This document shows positions 1 to 9,214 of a stretch of DNA of 64,000 nucleotides, piece by piece; position 1 is the first letter of the stretch, and the number at the start of each line of letters is the position of its first letter. Location: the NCBI GenBank assembly GCA_001399795.1, contig LIHK01000056.1, forward strand, positions 5,773-69,772. Reading direction: 5' to 3'. Under the pieces are notes generated by a model. The model was not told the DNA's origin, made no database searches, and saw only the letters and a list, made by a program, of their open reading frames with translations. Origin of the DNA: Candidatus Bathyarchaeota archaeon BA2. GTDB lineage: Archaea; Thermoproteota; Bathyarchaeia; Bathyarchaeales; Bathyarchaeaceae. The position numbers were made by a program, and so were the translations under genes.

Positions 1-15
1 GCCCTCACTAATATT

Positions 16-1293
16 TTATTCCACAGTTTTAACCACTGGCAAGGTGATGTTTCCATGAGGCATAGCCCAAACCTTGGCCTTCTTGCCAGCCATGTCAAAG
101 GCATCCCGCAAGGCGTCGTTCAAAGCCCTAACCGTCCTCAATTTAAAAGTGTTTACAGCGTAATAGTCAGGCATAACTGAAACTAGGATTATCTTAACTT
201 TTTGCAGGGCCCTTAGCAGGTAGTAGGCTTTGTGTCCTCCAAGAACGAAATGCTTTTTTATCTCCTTCTCCATTTGCTTCAAATCATTGAATTTTGTCAT
301 CCATTCATAAAAAACGTCGTTGCCGTGTCCTTCGGGGCATTCCGCCACTAGGACGATTACACCTCCCCTCTTGACGGTGTCGAGGGCGTTGTCGATTCCT
401 TTGTAGGCTTGAAAAAGGTCGATGTCGTGGGGGTGTCCGCCGGAACTCACGACGACGATGTCTGCTCTTCTATCAATGGGCACCTTATACATTTCATCAA
501 CGAGCCTCACTCCCTCATAGAAAGCCTTTTCCAAATCTCCAGCAAAAGCCTGAACCAATTCTCGCTTGCTGTTCGTGACGATGTTCAAGATGAAGTCAAC
601 CTTTGCGAGTTTCGCTGCCTCCACCATGTCTTCATGAACTGGGTTGCCATCTAAAACGCCGGTTTTGGCTTTGGGATGCAAAAGCATAGCATGGTTTCGC
701 TGAATGGTTTCAGCGCTTGAAACTGCGGGCAGAACGCTTTTTCTTCCACCTCCATATCCAGCGTAGTAATGTAATTCCACGTCTCCGGTTAAGATACTCA
801 CATTTGCTTCGGCGAAAACCTTGTTCACGTAAACTTTTGTCCCGAAGGAGGTTTTGCCCAAGAAAACCTGATCCGCAGATTTGTAATCGTGGCTTATGAC
901 CTTCACCCTCTTCAGAACCTCTTCGCCCACAAGCTTCTCCATCTCTTCAGGCTTTACCGCATGGTGGGAGCCGCAACCAAAGATTACCGTCACGTCTTCA
1001 TCCTTTACCCCAGCCCTGTTCAGTTCGTCTAGTAATGAAGGAACCATCAGATAACTTGGAGTTGCGCGGGTTGCATCGTCAACCACTATGGCCACTTTAT
1101 CACCTGCCTTTGCGATTTCCCTCAATTTTTTGGTTCCGATGGGCTCGTTTAAGGCTCTTTCAATCTCGGCTCTGGGGTCTGCAACTCCGGGTCTTTCCTT
1201 AGGCTCTATTGAACCCAGATAGTTTCTGGTGGGAATTCTTGCGCAAACCTCGGTTTTCCCGTAGGGAAGCCAAACGTCGACCATCAGGGTCAC
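16..1293 (-). CDS. LarA-like (DUF2088) nickel-dependent lactate racemase family protein
   Basis: 425-aa ORF. KVAIVVDDATRATP and FGCGSHH segments and the overall length are typical of the LarA/DUF2088 family. Confidence 0.75.
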   Translation of the reverse strand: MTLMVDVWLPYGKTEVCARIPTRNYLGSIEPKERPGVADPRAEIERALNEPIGTKKLREIAKAGDKVAIVVDDATRATPSYLMVPSLLDELNRAGVKDEDVTVIFGCGSHHAVKPEEMEKLVGEEVLKRVKVISHDYKSADQVFLGKTSFGTKVYVNKVFAEANVSILTGDVELHYYAGYGGGRKSVLPAVSSAETIQRNHAMLLHPKAKTGVLDGNPVHEDMVEAAKLAKVDFILNIVTNSKRELVQAFAGDLEKAFYEGVRLVDEMYKVPIDRRADIVVVSSGGHPHDIDLFQAYKGIDNALDTVKRGGVIVLVAECPEGHGNDVFYEWMTKFNDLKQMEKEIKKHFVLGGHKAYYLLRALQKVKIILVSVMPDYYAVNTFKLRTVRALNDALRDAFDMAGKKAKVWAMPHGNITLPVVKTVE

Positions 1294-1402
1294 TTCTAGT
1301 TGAATAGAAGATTTTCATGGGGTTCATTTAAAAGTAGTGGAGGAAGCCAACGTAAGCTCTTTAAAACCCAACCGATATAACTCTCTGGGTGAGGGTAACC
1401 GT

Positions 1403-2086
1403 ATGTCATTGGAAAATTTATCTCTCAAAAAGGGCGAAATAGCATTTCTGTGGTTTAATAGTTTTTCAGGCGTTGCTATAAGGACTCCGAGCAAAACTTT
1501 GGTTTTTGATCCAGCAGAGGTTGAGCCGGAAACCTTCAAGAAAGTGGACGCTGTACTCATTACCCACGACCATTTCGATCATCTCGACGAATCCATCGTC
1601 AGGGATATCCATAAACGAACTCGATGCCTTGTCATCGCTGACTTAACATCGGCAAAGAAACTAAGGAACGCTGTCGCCTCTGACAAACTGCGAGAGGTTC
1701 GAGCGGGCTCAGAACTGAAAATTGACAACGTTGCTGTTAGGGCTGAGGGTTTTAAACATCCCGCAGCCACGCCTGTTTCTTTTCTCGTTACAACCGAAGA
1801 TGGCGTCAAAATCTACCATACTGGGGATACTTTACCATTTCCAGAGATGAAGGGCATTGGAGAAAAATCTCCCCCAGACATTGTCTTTTGCACGGTTGGA
1901 GCCCCGGCTCCAGGGGCTTCTCCAAAAACTGGAGTTGAAATTGTAAAGATGGTTAAACCTAAGGTGGCTGTTCCCTACCATGCACCGAGGGCTGATTCAA
2001 CCAGATTTGCTGAGCTTCTTTCAAAAGAGGCTCCGCAAGTTCGATGTATGATTATTAGGCAGGGTGAATCCTATAAGTATCCTTAA
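1403..2086 (+). CDS. MBL-fold metallo-hydrolase
   Basis: THDHFDHLD (HxHxDH) motif. The internal ATG at 1403 is preceded by a GGTGAGGG Shine-Dalgarno-like sequence. The track ORF opens at a GTG at 1337. Confidence 0.75.
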   Translation: MSLENLSLKKGEIAFLWFNSFSGVAIRTPSKTLVFDPAEVEPETFKKVDAVLITHDHFDHLDESIVRDIHKRTRCLVIADLTSAKKLRNAVASDKLREVRAGSELKIDNVAVRAEGFKHPAATPVSFLVTTEDGVKIYHTGDTLPFPEMKGIGEKSPPDIVFCTVGAPAPGASPKTGVEIVKMVKPKVAVPYHAPRADSTRFAELLSKEAPQVRCMIIRQGESYKYP

Positions 2087-2110
2087 GTAAAGTGATCTTT
2101 GTTAGGAAAA

Positions 2111-2182
2111 GAAGAAGTTATGAAGGGTGAGTTGCGTAGAATTCTAAACAGGATTGGCGCCTTGAAGTTTGGAGCCTTTAGG
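2111..2182 (+). pseudogene. Orphan 5' fragment of an orotate phosphoribosyltransferase (pyrE-like) gene
   Basis: Translates as EEVMKGELRRILNRIGALKFGAF. This aligns to the N-terminus of the intact pyrE at 5396 (EEMKEELCRILTRIGALKFGVF). After that the frame runs into unrelated sequence. Confidence 0.55.
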
Positions 2183-2464
2183 TGCGCGTTTGCTATGTTG
2201 TTTGCGTTATTCCTCTCTTTCTAGACCCTATATAGCCCCCCTCTACGAGGATTCGTGTTGTTGTAGTTGTTGGCTTTTGTAGGAACTGGTCTGGGTGAGG
2301 GTTAGTTTTCAACCCATAGGCGGTGGTGTGGGTGTAGCTAGTGAGCTTTGCATGGGTGAGGCGATGTTAGACGGGTCTCCCAGCGTTGAACAGAAGAATT
2401 TCTGACAGAACTAGCGTGCTATTGCGCCTAAAAATTCCTGGCAGAGATTCTTGCGCGCGCTATA

Positions 2465-2746
2465 TTACTCATTTTTCCATCTGGAAGCCTTGTCCGCTAA
2501 CACGCATAACCACTCAAGGAATCCTTCAAAACAAACGACGGGCACGTATCGTCCTCTTTCTTCAGGCGTCAATCTATCCAACTCGACGGTCTTTCTTCTA
2601 ACAATATTCAGAGTTTGTGCTATACTTTCGAGCACCAAACATGTGTTGTAGGCTTCCTTCCTATTCCATGTCACTTCATTTTCACCAAAGGTGGTAGCGA
2701 AATGGTGAAATTTAAATATTCTGCTTAAAAAAACGTCAGCATGCAT
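2465..2746 (-). CDS. Hypothetical protein (93 aa)
   Basis: ORF only, co-directional with and about 117 bp downstream of the helicase. No motif recognised. Confidence 0.3.
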   Translation of the reverse strand: MHADVFLSRIFKFHHFATTFGENEVTWNRKEAYNTCLVLESIAQTLNIVRRKTVELDRLTPEERGRYVPVVCFEGFLEWLCVLADKASRWKNE

Positions 2747-2863
2747 TCTATGTAGAAACAGTTAGTAAATAAGTAAGAGGCAATGTGGTGAAGATAATCA
2801 AGTTGCATGCATCAGATGAATGTTGTTTATGCGCGCGCTAGGATGAAGAGAAGCATAAGGCAG

Positions 2864-5023
2864 TCACGGAGCAATTCCCAGTGATCTTTTAACCAACTCA
2901 AGAATTCTTTTTGCTTTTTCTTCACCAATACCTTGAATATACCGCACATGTATTTTTATGAAATTGGTTTCTCCTCGGTCTTTGTAAAGAGTTTTCAACA
3001 TGTCAAGGACTGTACCACTGTATCGAAGTGGTGGTTTAGCGAGCACATTCTTGCAATATTCATAAAGATTTCTAGCCGTAGTACGTCCAATTCCCTTGAG
3101 TTTAACGAACGGTACCTCCTCACTCCTAACTCCCTTTCGTATTCTGTCTCTTAGGATCTTGAACTGAGGAGGAATAATGAAGTTCTTTGCTCTTGCTAAT
3201 AACTTACATGTGAGTAAGAGCTTATCAAGTTCTCCCGCAACCTGAGGTAGTTGACTCGCGTAAACTTTAAAGTCTCTTTCAATCTGGTACTCCTCCATAT
3301 TTTCAATCCAGCCGAAGAAGACCGCGTACGCTGAATATTCTGCGTGACCGCAATCTGTGACCCCTTGAGTTTCATAGAACTCTTCTATCTGCTGCGATGT
3401 TTCCCTTGGAATCTTAGTCAATATAGCGCCCTCAAAAAGACGAGACAACGTATAAATGAGATCAAAATCGAAAGTAACTCCTCCTTCGTCGTCAAGATAT
3501 TTATTTAGTTCGAGAAACGGAGTTAGTTCATAAGGTGCAAAGGTGCTAAACAAAAATCTAAGAGTTACTTGTCCAAGATCTGTGAGTTTGTAGCCGGGAG
3601 CGCCAAGATATGACATGAAACCTGCGTCACAAAGGTATTTGACATGTCTACCCAGTATTCCGAAGAGGTCAAAGGGCATAAATGCTCTGGTTACTTTACG
3701 CGACTGAAAATTATAGAATGTTTTTTCAAAGAATCCTAATATTTGCGCATCTGTACATCGACCTGAATAAATCAACTCCAAAATTGCTTTTCTGAAATAC
3801 TCATCGCGTGCTATGTGTGAGTGTGCTTTTTCTATTTTTCCATTCAAGTATTGAGGTATTTTGCTAGTCAGCTCTTCGATACGTTTAGCGACAACATATG
3901 CATATCCTTCAGTACCGAATTGTGGTCTTCCAGCTCGCCCTGCCATTTGAATGTACATATAAACAGGAACGCTCACTCTTGACCTAGTATTAGGATCATA
4001 AAATGTTACATCGCTTAACACAACGGTTCTTGCAGGAAAGTTAATCCCGTACGCTAGTCCTGTGGTGGCAAATAAGTAATCAATTTCTCCGTTAAGAAAA
4101 AGATTTTCAACTAAAGTTCGTAGTCTTGGATCCAATCCAGAATGATGAAAAGCTACTTTCTTGCAAAGGCAATTGCAAAGGTTCTCTTCTAAATCCGTGA
4201 ACTGTTGTCGTTCTAACTCTCTTTCAAAGGCTTTAGCTATATCTTTTTTATTCGCGCTTAATTTCTGTATGAGCTGGCACATCTCGAGAGCTCGACTTTT
4301 TGTGGATTCTCGGGTAGTACAAAAAATAATATACGGATGCTGGCCTTTTTCCAAGAGAGATTCACAAAGAGCTCTGTTTTGTTGCGTGGCGTTCACTTCT
4401 GACAAATCAATGACGCCATACTTGAGGGGAACTACCCTAAGTTCTTCGGGAACTTCTATGACTTTTGCATCAAGCCATTCGCCAATCTCATTTTTGTCTT
4501 CAAAAGTGGCGGATAAGCAAATTATTCTTACATTAAGTTCTTTTAAAATTGTGATAACCTTTTCTAAATTAAACCCTCTAAGAGGGTCGTAAAGCACATG
4601 AAATTCATCAATGACGACTAGTTTGAAACCTTCGACATGGTGCCTAGCGGTTAGCGCAGTTCTATAGAAAAGCTCGAAAGTCGTGATTACGATATTAGCT
4701 GCATCCCAATCACGCGGCATGGCGTCCATTCCAACAATTTTATAGTTTTGCTTTAGATACAAAAATTCTCTTTCTTTATCAGAGATAAGGGGTTTCATGG
4801 GGACTAAGTAAGCTATTCTTCCTCCAGCTTTCAATGTTTGTAACATAACAAGTTCTGCAACACAAGTTTTTCCGGAAGCAGTAGGGGCAACAACTACAAA
4901 ATTCCTGTTGCTGTCGAGAAGCCCTTCGTTAAATGCTTTTTGCTCCGTAACGTTCAGCTTTTCCCAACCCTTTAATGTGAGTAATTCTTTAACAATCTCT
5001 TCTTTTCCTACTGCCATTACCAA
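2864..5023 (-). CDS. Ski2/Hel308-family DEAD/DEAH-box helicase
   Basis: Walker A APTASGKT, DEFH box, SAT-like LSAT, and a helicase C motif QMAGRAGR. The 719-aa length and the C-terminal helix-hairpin-helix-like end (GIGRTTARNL, IQGIGEEKAKRI) also fit. Confidence 0.8.
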   Translation of the reverse strand: MVMAVGKEEIVKELLTLKGWEKLNVTEQKAFNEGLLDSNRNFVVVAPTASGKTCVAELVMLQTLKAGGRIAYLVPMKPLISDKEREFLYLKQNYKIVGMDAMPRDWDAANIVITTFELFYRTALTARHHVEGFKLVVIDEFHVLYDPLRGFNLEKVITILKELNVRIICLSATFEDKNEIGEWLDAKVIEVPEELRVVPLKYGVIDLSEVNATQQNRALCESLLEKGQHPYIIFCTTRESTKSRALEMCQLIQKLSANKKDIAKAFERELERQQFTDLEENLCNCLCKKVAFHHSGLDPRLRTLVENLFLNGEIDYLFATTGLAYGINFPARTVVLSDVTFYDPNTRSRVSVPVYMYIQMAGRAGRPQFGTEGYAYVVAKRIEELTSKIPQYLNGKIEKAHSHIARDEYFRKAILELIYSGRCTDAQILGFFEKTFYNFQSRKVTRAFMPFDLFGILGRHVKYLCDAGFMSYLGAPGYKLTDLGQVTLRFLFSTFAPYELTPFLELNKYLDDEGGVTFDFDLIYTLSRLFEGAILTKIPRETSQQIEEFYETQGVTDCGHAEYSAYAVFFGWIENMEEYQIERDFKVYASQLPQVAGELDKLLLTCKLLARAKNFIIPPQFKILRDRIRKGVRSEEVPFVKLKGIGRTTARNLYEYCKNVLAKPPLRYSGTVLDMLKTLYKDRGETNFIKIHVRYIQGIGEEKAKRILELVKRSLGIAP

Positions 5024-5128
5024 GCCCTAGACCAGCTCGTAGCAAGTGTAACGCGCTAGATTTTTAAATACTTTTCAATGTATAAAAATGGGTTTAATAT
5101 TTCTGACAATTATGAGATTGTTAGAGAC

Positions 5129-5320
5129 ATGGAGATTGTCGAGAAATGCGTAAACTATGCCGAGTCGATATTGAAAGAAGTGGAGAAGTTTTTAAGAAAA
5201 TAGACGACTACGTAGCTGAGGCGCGCGAGCGCGCGCGAAATTCTGAATAAATACGGAAGCGAAAAGGGCGCCTTGAGGAAAGCCTTAGAAGAGGCGATCA
5301 GGGAGTTGAAGGACACCTAG
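5129..5320 (+). pseudogene. Small all-helical protein gene disrupted by two compensating indels
   Basis: MEIVEKCVNYAESILKEVEKFLRK stops at TAG 5201. The -1 frame continues KIDDYVAEARERAR, then the original frame resumes EILNKYGSEKGALRKALEEAIRELKDT*. The frame switches lie in an A4 run and a (GC)n run. Confidence 0.3.
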
Positions 5321-5395
5321 CGATATCCATAAGAACTTACTGATTGATACTACTAAGCGCGCGTGCTGTCACGCTCAAGAATGGTGGCTTAAACG

Positions 5396-6013
5396 ATGAG
5401 CCGAGAAGAAATGAAAGAAGAACTGTGCCGGATACTTACAAGAATCGGGGCACTCAAATTCGGGGTCTTCACCCTAACATCCGGTAAGGTAAGCCCCTAC
5501 TACATCGACCTAAGAATCGTTCCAAGCTTTCCAGACGCCTTCCAAAGAATCTGCGAACTCTACGTCGAACTAATAAAAAGCGAAGTCGGAGCCAACAACT
5601 TCGACAGAATCGCGGGAATCCCCACTGCTGGCATACCCTTCGCATCCCTCACCGCTTACCACCTCAAAAAACCCTTCCTTTACATTCGCCCGCGCGAGCG
5701 ACTACATGGACGAGAAAGACGGGTGGAAGGCATAGTGATGCCAGGCGACCGTGTCTTGTTGATGGACGACCTTATAACCAGCGGAGGTTCTCTAAAAAGG
5801 GCTGCGACGGCCATCAGAACTGAAGGCGGTGTGGTAACGGACGCTGTAATACTGTTAGACAGAGAAGAGGGCGGGAAAGAAAATTTGGCGAAGGACGATG
5901 TTAAACTCCATTATTTGTTGAGGACAAGCGAGGCCGCTGAAAAACTCTATGAGATAGGCGCCATCACAGAAGATCAATTGAAAATCATTCTGAAACAGGT
6001 GAAAAAGAAATAA
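5396..6013 (+). CDS. pyrE: Orotate phosphoribosyltransferase
   Basis: 205 aa. PRPP-binding motif VLLMDDLITSGGS and an N-terminal FKFG/LTSGK pattern. Confidence 0.9.
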   Translation: MSREEMKEELCRILTRIGALKFGVFTLTSGKVSPYYIDLRIVPSFPDAFQRICELYVELIKSEVGANNFDRIAGIPTAGIPFASLTAYHLKKPFLYIRPRERLHGRERRVEGIVMPGDRVLLMDDLITSGGSLKRAATAIRTEGGVVTDAVILLDREEGGKENLAKDDVKLHYLLRTSEAAEKLYEIGAITEDQLKIILKQVKKK

Positions 6014-6197
6014 CCTACCTCATAAAGGTCAAGTCTAATCAAGGATGTCGACAGTTTTCTTCTGAGGCTTCAGCCCCTTGTTGGGGACGTACATGAGGGT
6101 GAGCTGAGATAGAATTTTTGTCTGAATCTAAAGTCTAGATCATTGATTCATCATTCATAAAAGTCAGATGTGAACGTACCCCGTATAGGGCACCGCT

Positions 6198-6377
6198 GTG
6201 GAAATATTGAATATTTTTATAAGACGGATTTCCAAGAATGCAGACTCCTACCGCTGTTGGCACTGCGGATACGAACTTCTGAAGGAGGACGCCGTAATAT
6301 CTGGATGGGACTGTCAACAGTCGCTCCGCCATGTACACTGTCCAAAATGTGGGAGAATCATAACTCATGCTCCATGA
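6198..6377 (+). CDS. Candidate small zinc-ribbon protein (about 59 aa, below the ORF-track cutoff)
   Basis: The frame reads ...YRCWHCGYELLKEDAVISGWDCQQSLRHVHCPKCGRIITHAP*, with CxxC...CxxC. The start is uncertain (GTG 6198 or TTG 6207). Confidence 0.3.
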   Translation: MEILNIFIRRISKNADSYRCWHCGYELLKEDAVISGWDCQQSLRHVHCPKCGRIITHAP

Positions 6378-6448
6378 CTGAAGTCTGGGTTGGATTAAGA
6401 ACAAGATAAAACAAAAATGAGAGATATCACGGGTCTTTTGAATGATGC

Positions 6449-7009
6449 CTATTCGTAATATATCAGCTCTTCGTCCTCAAGTTTTTGATGGAGCTTGCTG
6501 ACCGCTTCGTAAACGTCTCCCTCACGTTTAGCACCTGTGCAAACCAGTTTTCCGCTTGCAAAGAGAAGAATTACAACCTTTGGTTCATCCATTCTGTAGA
6601 TGAGACCTGGAAATTGTTCTGGTTCATACATGGTTCTCCCGAGGGAGTAGGCTGACTTTTCAAGGTCTATCATTCCTCCCAGATCTGCTGAGGCCACGAT
6701 GTTTTGTATCTTCAGCTCGGGTTTGCCGATGATTATTATTCCGCCCTTCTTAAGTTCCTTTATAACTTTCATCACGGCTCTCCTCGCTTCTTTCTCAGAC
6801 TTGGCTCCTGTGCAAACCATCTTTCCCGAATTGAAAATGAGGGTTGCTGTTTTAGGTCTCTTCAACCTGAAAACTAGGCCGGGAAACTGTTCTGGGCGAT
6901 ACTCCACGCCGGGATAACCTTTCACAACCGCGTTTAGGTCAACATTTTGATTTAGTGTTGCAGATGCAACCACGTTTTCGATATTAATCTGCGCCTTAAC
7001 TTTAGGCAT
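6449..7009 (-). CDS. tbp: TATA-box binding protein
   Basis: 186 aa with two direct repeats (IENVVAS...FPGLVFRL...SGKMVCTGAKS and IQNIVAS...FPGLIYRM...SGKLVCTGAKR). Confidence 0.95.
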   Translation of the reverse strand: MPKVKAQINIENVVASATLNQNVDLNAVVKGYPGVEYRPEQFPGLVFRLKRPKTATLIFNSGKMVCTGAKSEKEARRAVMKVIKELKKGGIIIIGKPELKIQNIVASADLGGMIDLEKSAYSLGRTMYEPEQFPGLIYRMDEPKVVILLFASGKLVCTGAKREGDVYEAVSKLHQKLEDEELIYYE

Positions 7010-7249
7010 TTAAACCCTCCTTATAAAACACCATGAAGTTCATGTGGAGTCATTTATAAAGCCTCCGTAGTTTCATCAGAAAACCCCGTAATTTTCATAA
7101 CTCCGGTGCAGACTGCCTTGCCCACTTTTGTCTTCCCTTTACGACGCCCCCTAAAGAGTCTATTTAACATTTAGACCCAAATAAACCCCTAAGGGTACTT
7201 CTTGTGCACACAAAAAGAGATCGAGGAAATCTCCAGCTCAGGCAAGCTC

Positions 7250-7858
7250 TTATAAAAGCTTAGTTTGAGTTTGCTCCTCCTTAACCCGCTTTCTCATTAA
7301 GGGAAACACTTCTAGGATTATTAGAAGAATAATCCACAACATAATGAAGGCTACCTTCACGTGGAGGGGTTTGAAAAACAGGGCGATGTGGCCCAACAAA
7401 GGCACTTTAGCCCCCGTATATTTACCAACAATATCATTTTCCTTAACCACCCAATCGTCTTTACCTCCGGCATCACCCTGCGTTTCAAAACAACATTTCC
7501 CATTTCTATCAATTTTATTTACAGCTCTGTGCACAATTAGGTCGTGGGGAGGCACTGGCCTGCGGAACACGATGACATCGCCGGGTTGGCCGGCATCCTT
7601 CGGAGCGGCATGGATTTCACAGGCGTTATTTACTCCCTGAACCAGAATGAGGTCGCCTCTGTATAAGATGGGCTCCATGCTTCCGGAGGCGACAGCTAAC
7701 AGTGGGTTTTCCGTTCTAAAAGCAATTTTCAAACCATACCAGAAAGCGACAACGCCGACTAACATGATACCAACCATAATAGCCGTCTGTACGTAGTCTT
7801 TCCTAAGTATCTCAGCCAATTTCGCCCGTTTCATAGCGTCGCACTCTATCTTGTTCAC
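7250..7858 (-). CDS. Signal peptidase I, archaeal/Sec11 type (S26B)
   Basis: N-terminal transmembrane helix followed by the catalytic-Ser motif SGSMEP and HRAV. The start may be the internal MKRAKL at 7834. Confidence 0.8.
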   Translation of the reverse strand: MNKIECDAMKRAKLAEILRKDYVQTAIMVGIMLVGVVAFWYGLKIAFRTENPLLAVASGSMEPILYRGDLILVQGVNNACEIHAAPKDAGQPGDVIVFRRPVPPHDLIVHRAVNKIDRNGKCCFETQGDAGGKDDWVVKENDIVGKYTGAKVPLLGHIALFFKPLHVKVAFIMLWIILLIILEVFPLMRKRVKEEQTQTKLL

Positions 7859-8023
7859 ACTAGTGCTTACAGAAAGACTCTGTTCCTTCTCGCATATTAA
7901 AAACTTAACGCCTTCTAAAAATAAAAAGGAGGAGGAGTTAGGACTTTAAGGCGTTGAAACGCTCAAAGCTCTATGCTTCGAATCCATCTTTACCTTGCCA
8001 GCGATCCAAGCGACACCAGTGTC

Positions 8024-8194
8024 TCAAATCTTTCGCTTGCCTAGAACAACCCTGAAGGCTTTCTTGCACTTGGGGCAGTCGAAAAGCCCTATTGTCAGCT
8101 CCACTTTCTTTCCAGTTTTGTCTGGGCGACCAGCCATCTTCCAGCTTTTCCTAGCGTTAGCAACTTCGCCTCCACAATTCGGGCATTTAGCCAT
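8024..8194 (-). CDS. Small zinc-ribbon protein (56 aa)
   Basis: MAKCPNCGG...CPKCKK, with two CxxC pairs. A GGAGGA Shine-Dalgarno-like sequence lies 6 nt upstream of the ATG at 8194. Confidence 0.6.
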   Translation of the reverse strand: MAKCPNCGGEVANARKSWKMAGRPDKTGKKVELTIGLFDCPKCKKAFRVVLGKRKI

Positions 8195-8350
8195 GCATAT
8201 TCCTCCATTACCAACCGTCATGTTTTAAATGATATTGAATAAAAGATTTGCCCTTCATTTCGACGATACTGTCAAGTTATCTTTTATAGGAGCTTTGAGA
8301 AGCCGCTTTTGGGAGGTGATCCTCATCAAATGGCTCCTCAAAGCCCTTAA

Positions 8351-8975
8351 GATAGCAGTTTGTTCAGGATTACCAGGTTTTCGTTGCGGTTGAAGGTTAG
8401 GGCAATCCTGCTCTACATGGCTGGCTTGAGCTATAGGGACATAACCCATGTGTTGAGGGTTGTGCCATGCAGCCATGAGGCTGTTAGGCTCTGGGTTAAG
8501 AAGCTGGAGCAAGTAATCGTCATTGTTGAGGCTAAGCATAGGCGGATGGTGGCCGTCGACGAGACAAGGTTAAGGCTGATGGAGAGTGGTGCTACGTGTG
8601 GGTTGCCATAGATGTCGATACGCGTGAGCTGCTGGCTGTATGGTTTCTTGGCAGAGGAACATCCTCCATGCAGAGGCCTTCCTGAGGAGGGTGCTGGAGA
8701 CGTGCACGAACAAGCCAGTCATCCTCGTTGATAAGGGTTCCTAGTATCCCGAGGCGCTCCAAGCCCTTGGGCTGGAATGGATGCATAAAACCTTCGGCGA
8801 GAGAAACCGCGTTGAGCGCTGGTTCAGGACCACGAAAGCAAGGACTAGGCGATTCTTCAACAACTTCCCAGTGAGAAAAAGGCCCATCTTCAAGATCAAA
8901 CTCTTCGCCTTGTGGTACAACTTTATAAGGCCACACCAAACCATGAAAAGACCGCCAGCAACACCAATAACTTGA
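8351..8975 (+). mobile_element. Decayed IS6-family-like (archaeal DDE) transposase gene
   Basis: Pieces lie in three frames: VRAILLYMAGLSYRDITHVL...AVDET, then GEWCYVWVAIDVDTRELLAV, then NILHAEAFLRRVLETCTNKPVILVDKGS*YPEALQALGLEWMHKTFGERNRVERWFRTTKARTRRFFNNF. There are at least two frameshifts and one in-frame TAG where Trp is expected. Confidence 0.75.
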
Positions 8976-9214
8976 CAGTATCCATTTCGACTAGTGAAAA
9001 AGGCTAAACATAAGTGAAAAACAGACCTGTAGAAGTGATATGTTGAAGAATGAATGTGATGTATTAATAAACATTGAATATTCATGAATTTCAAATCAAC
9101 ATAATCAGGGAAATTATAGTTGGAAAGAATGTTAATTGAAAGGAGTGATAGTGTTTCCAAAACACTTTTACAGTGGCTTCCGCTGTATTTCCTTAGCTCT
9201 GGGGCATGTAGACT

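Noticed and set aside
2453-2841. GCGCGC-containing motifs concentrated in intergenic spots (2453, 2831, 5221-5236, 5357, 25211, 41509, 57408), as a possible signal.
   Set aside because: They are short, palindromic and CpG-rich. I cannot compute enrichment here. Only the TGCGCGCGCTA pair flanking the 93-aa ORF is noted, inside the helicase-tract finding.
5201-5215. Two in-frame TAG codons in the small gene at 5129-5320, read as pyrrolysine.
   Set aside because: The -1 frame across the same stretch reads as a natural helical sequence (KIDDYVAEARERAR) and rejoins the original frame. Two compensating indels in an A-run and a (GC)n run explain this better. No pyl genes are seen.
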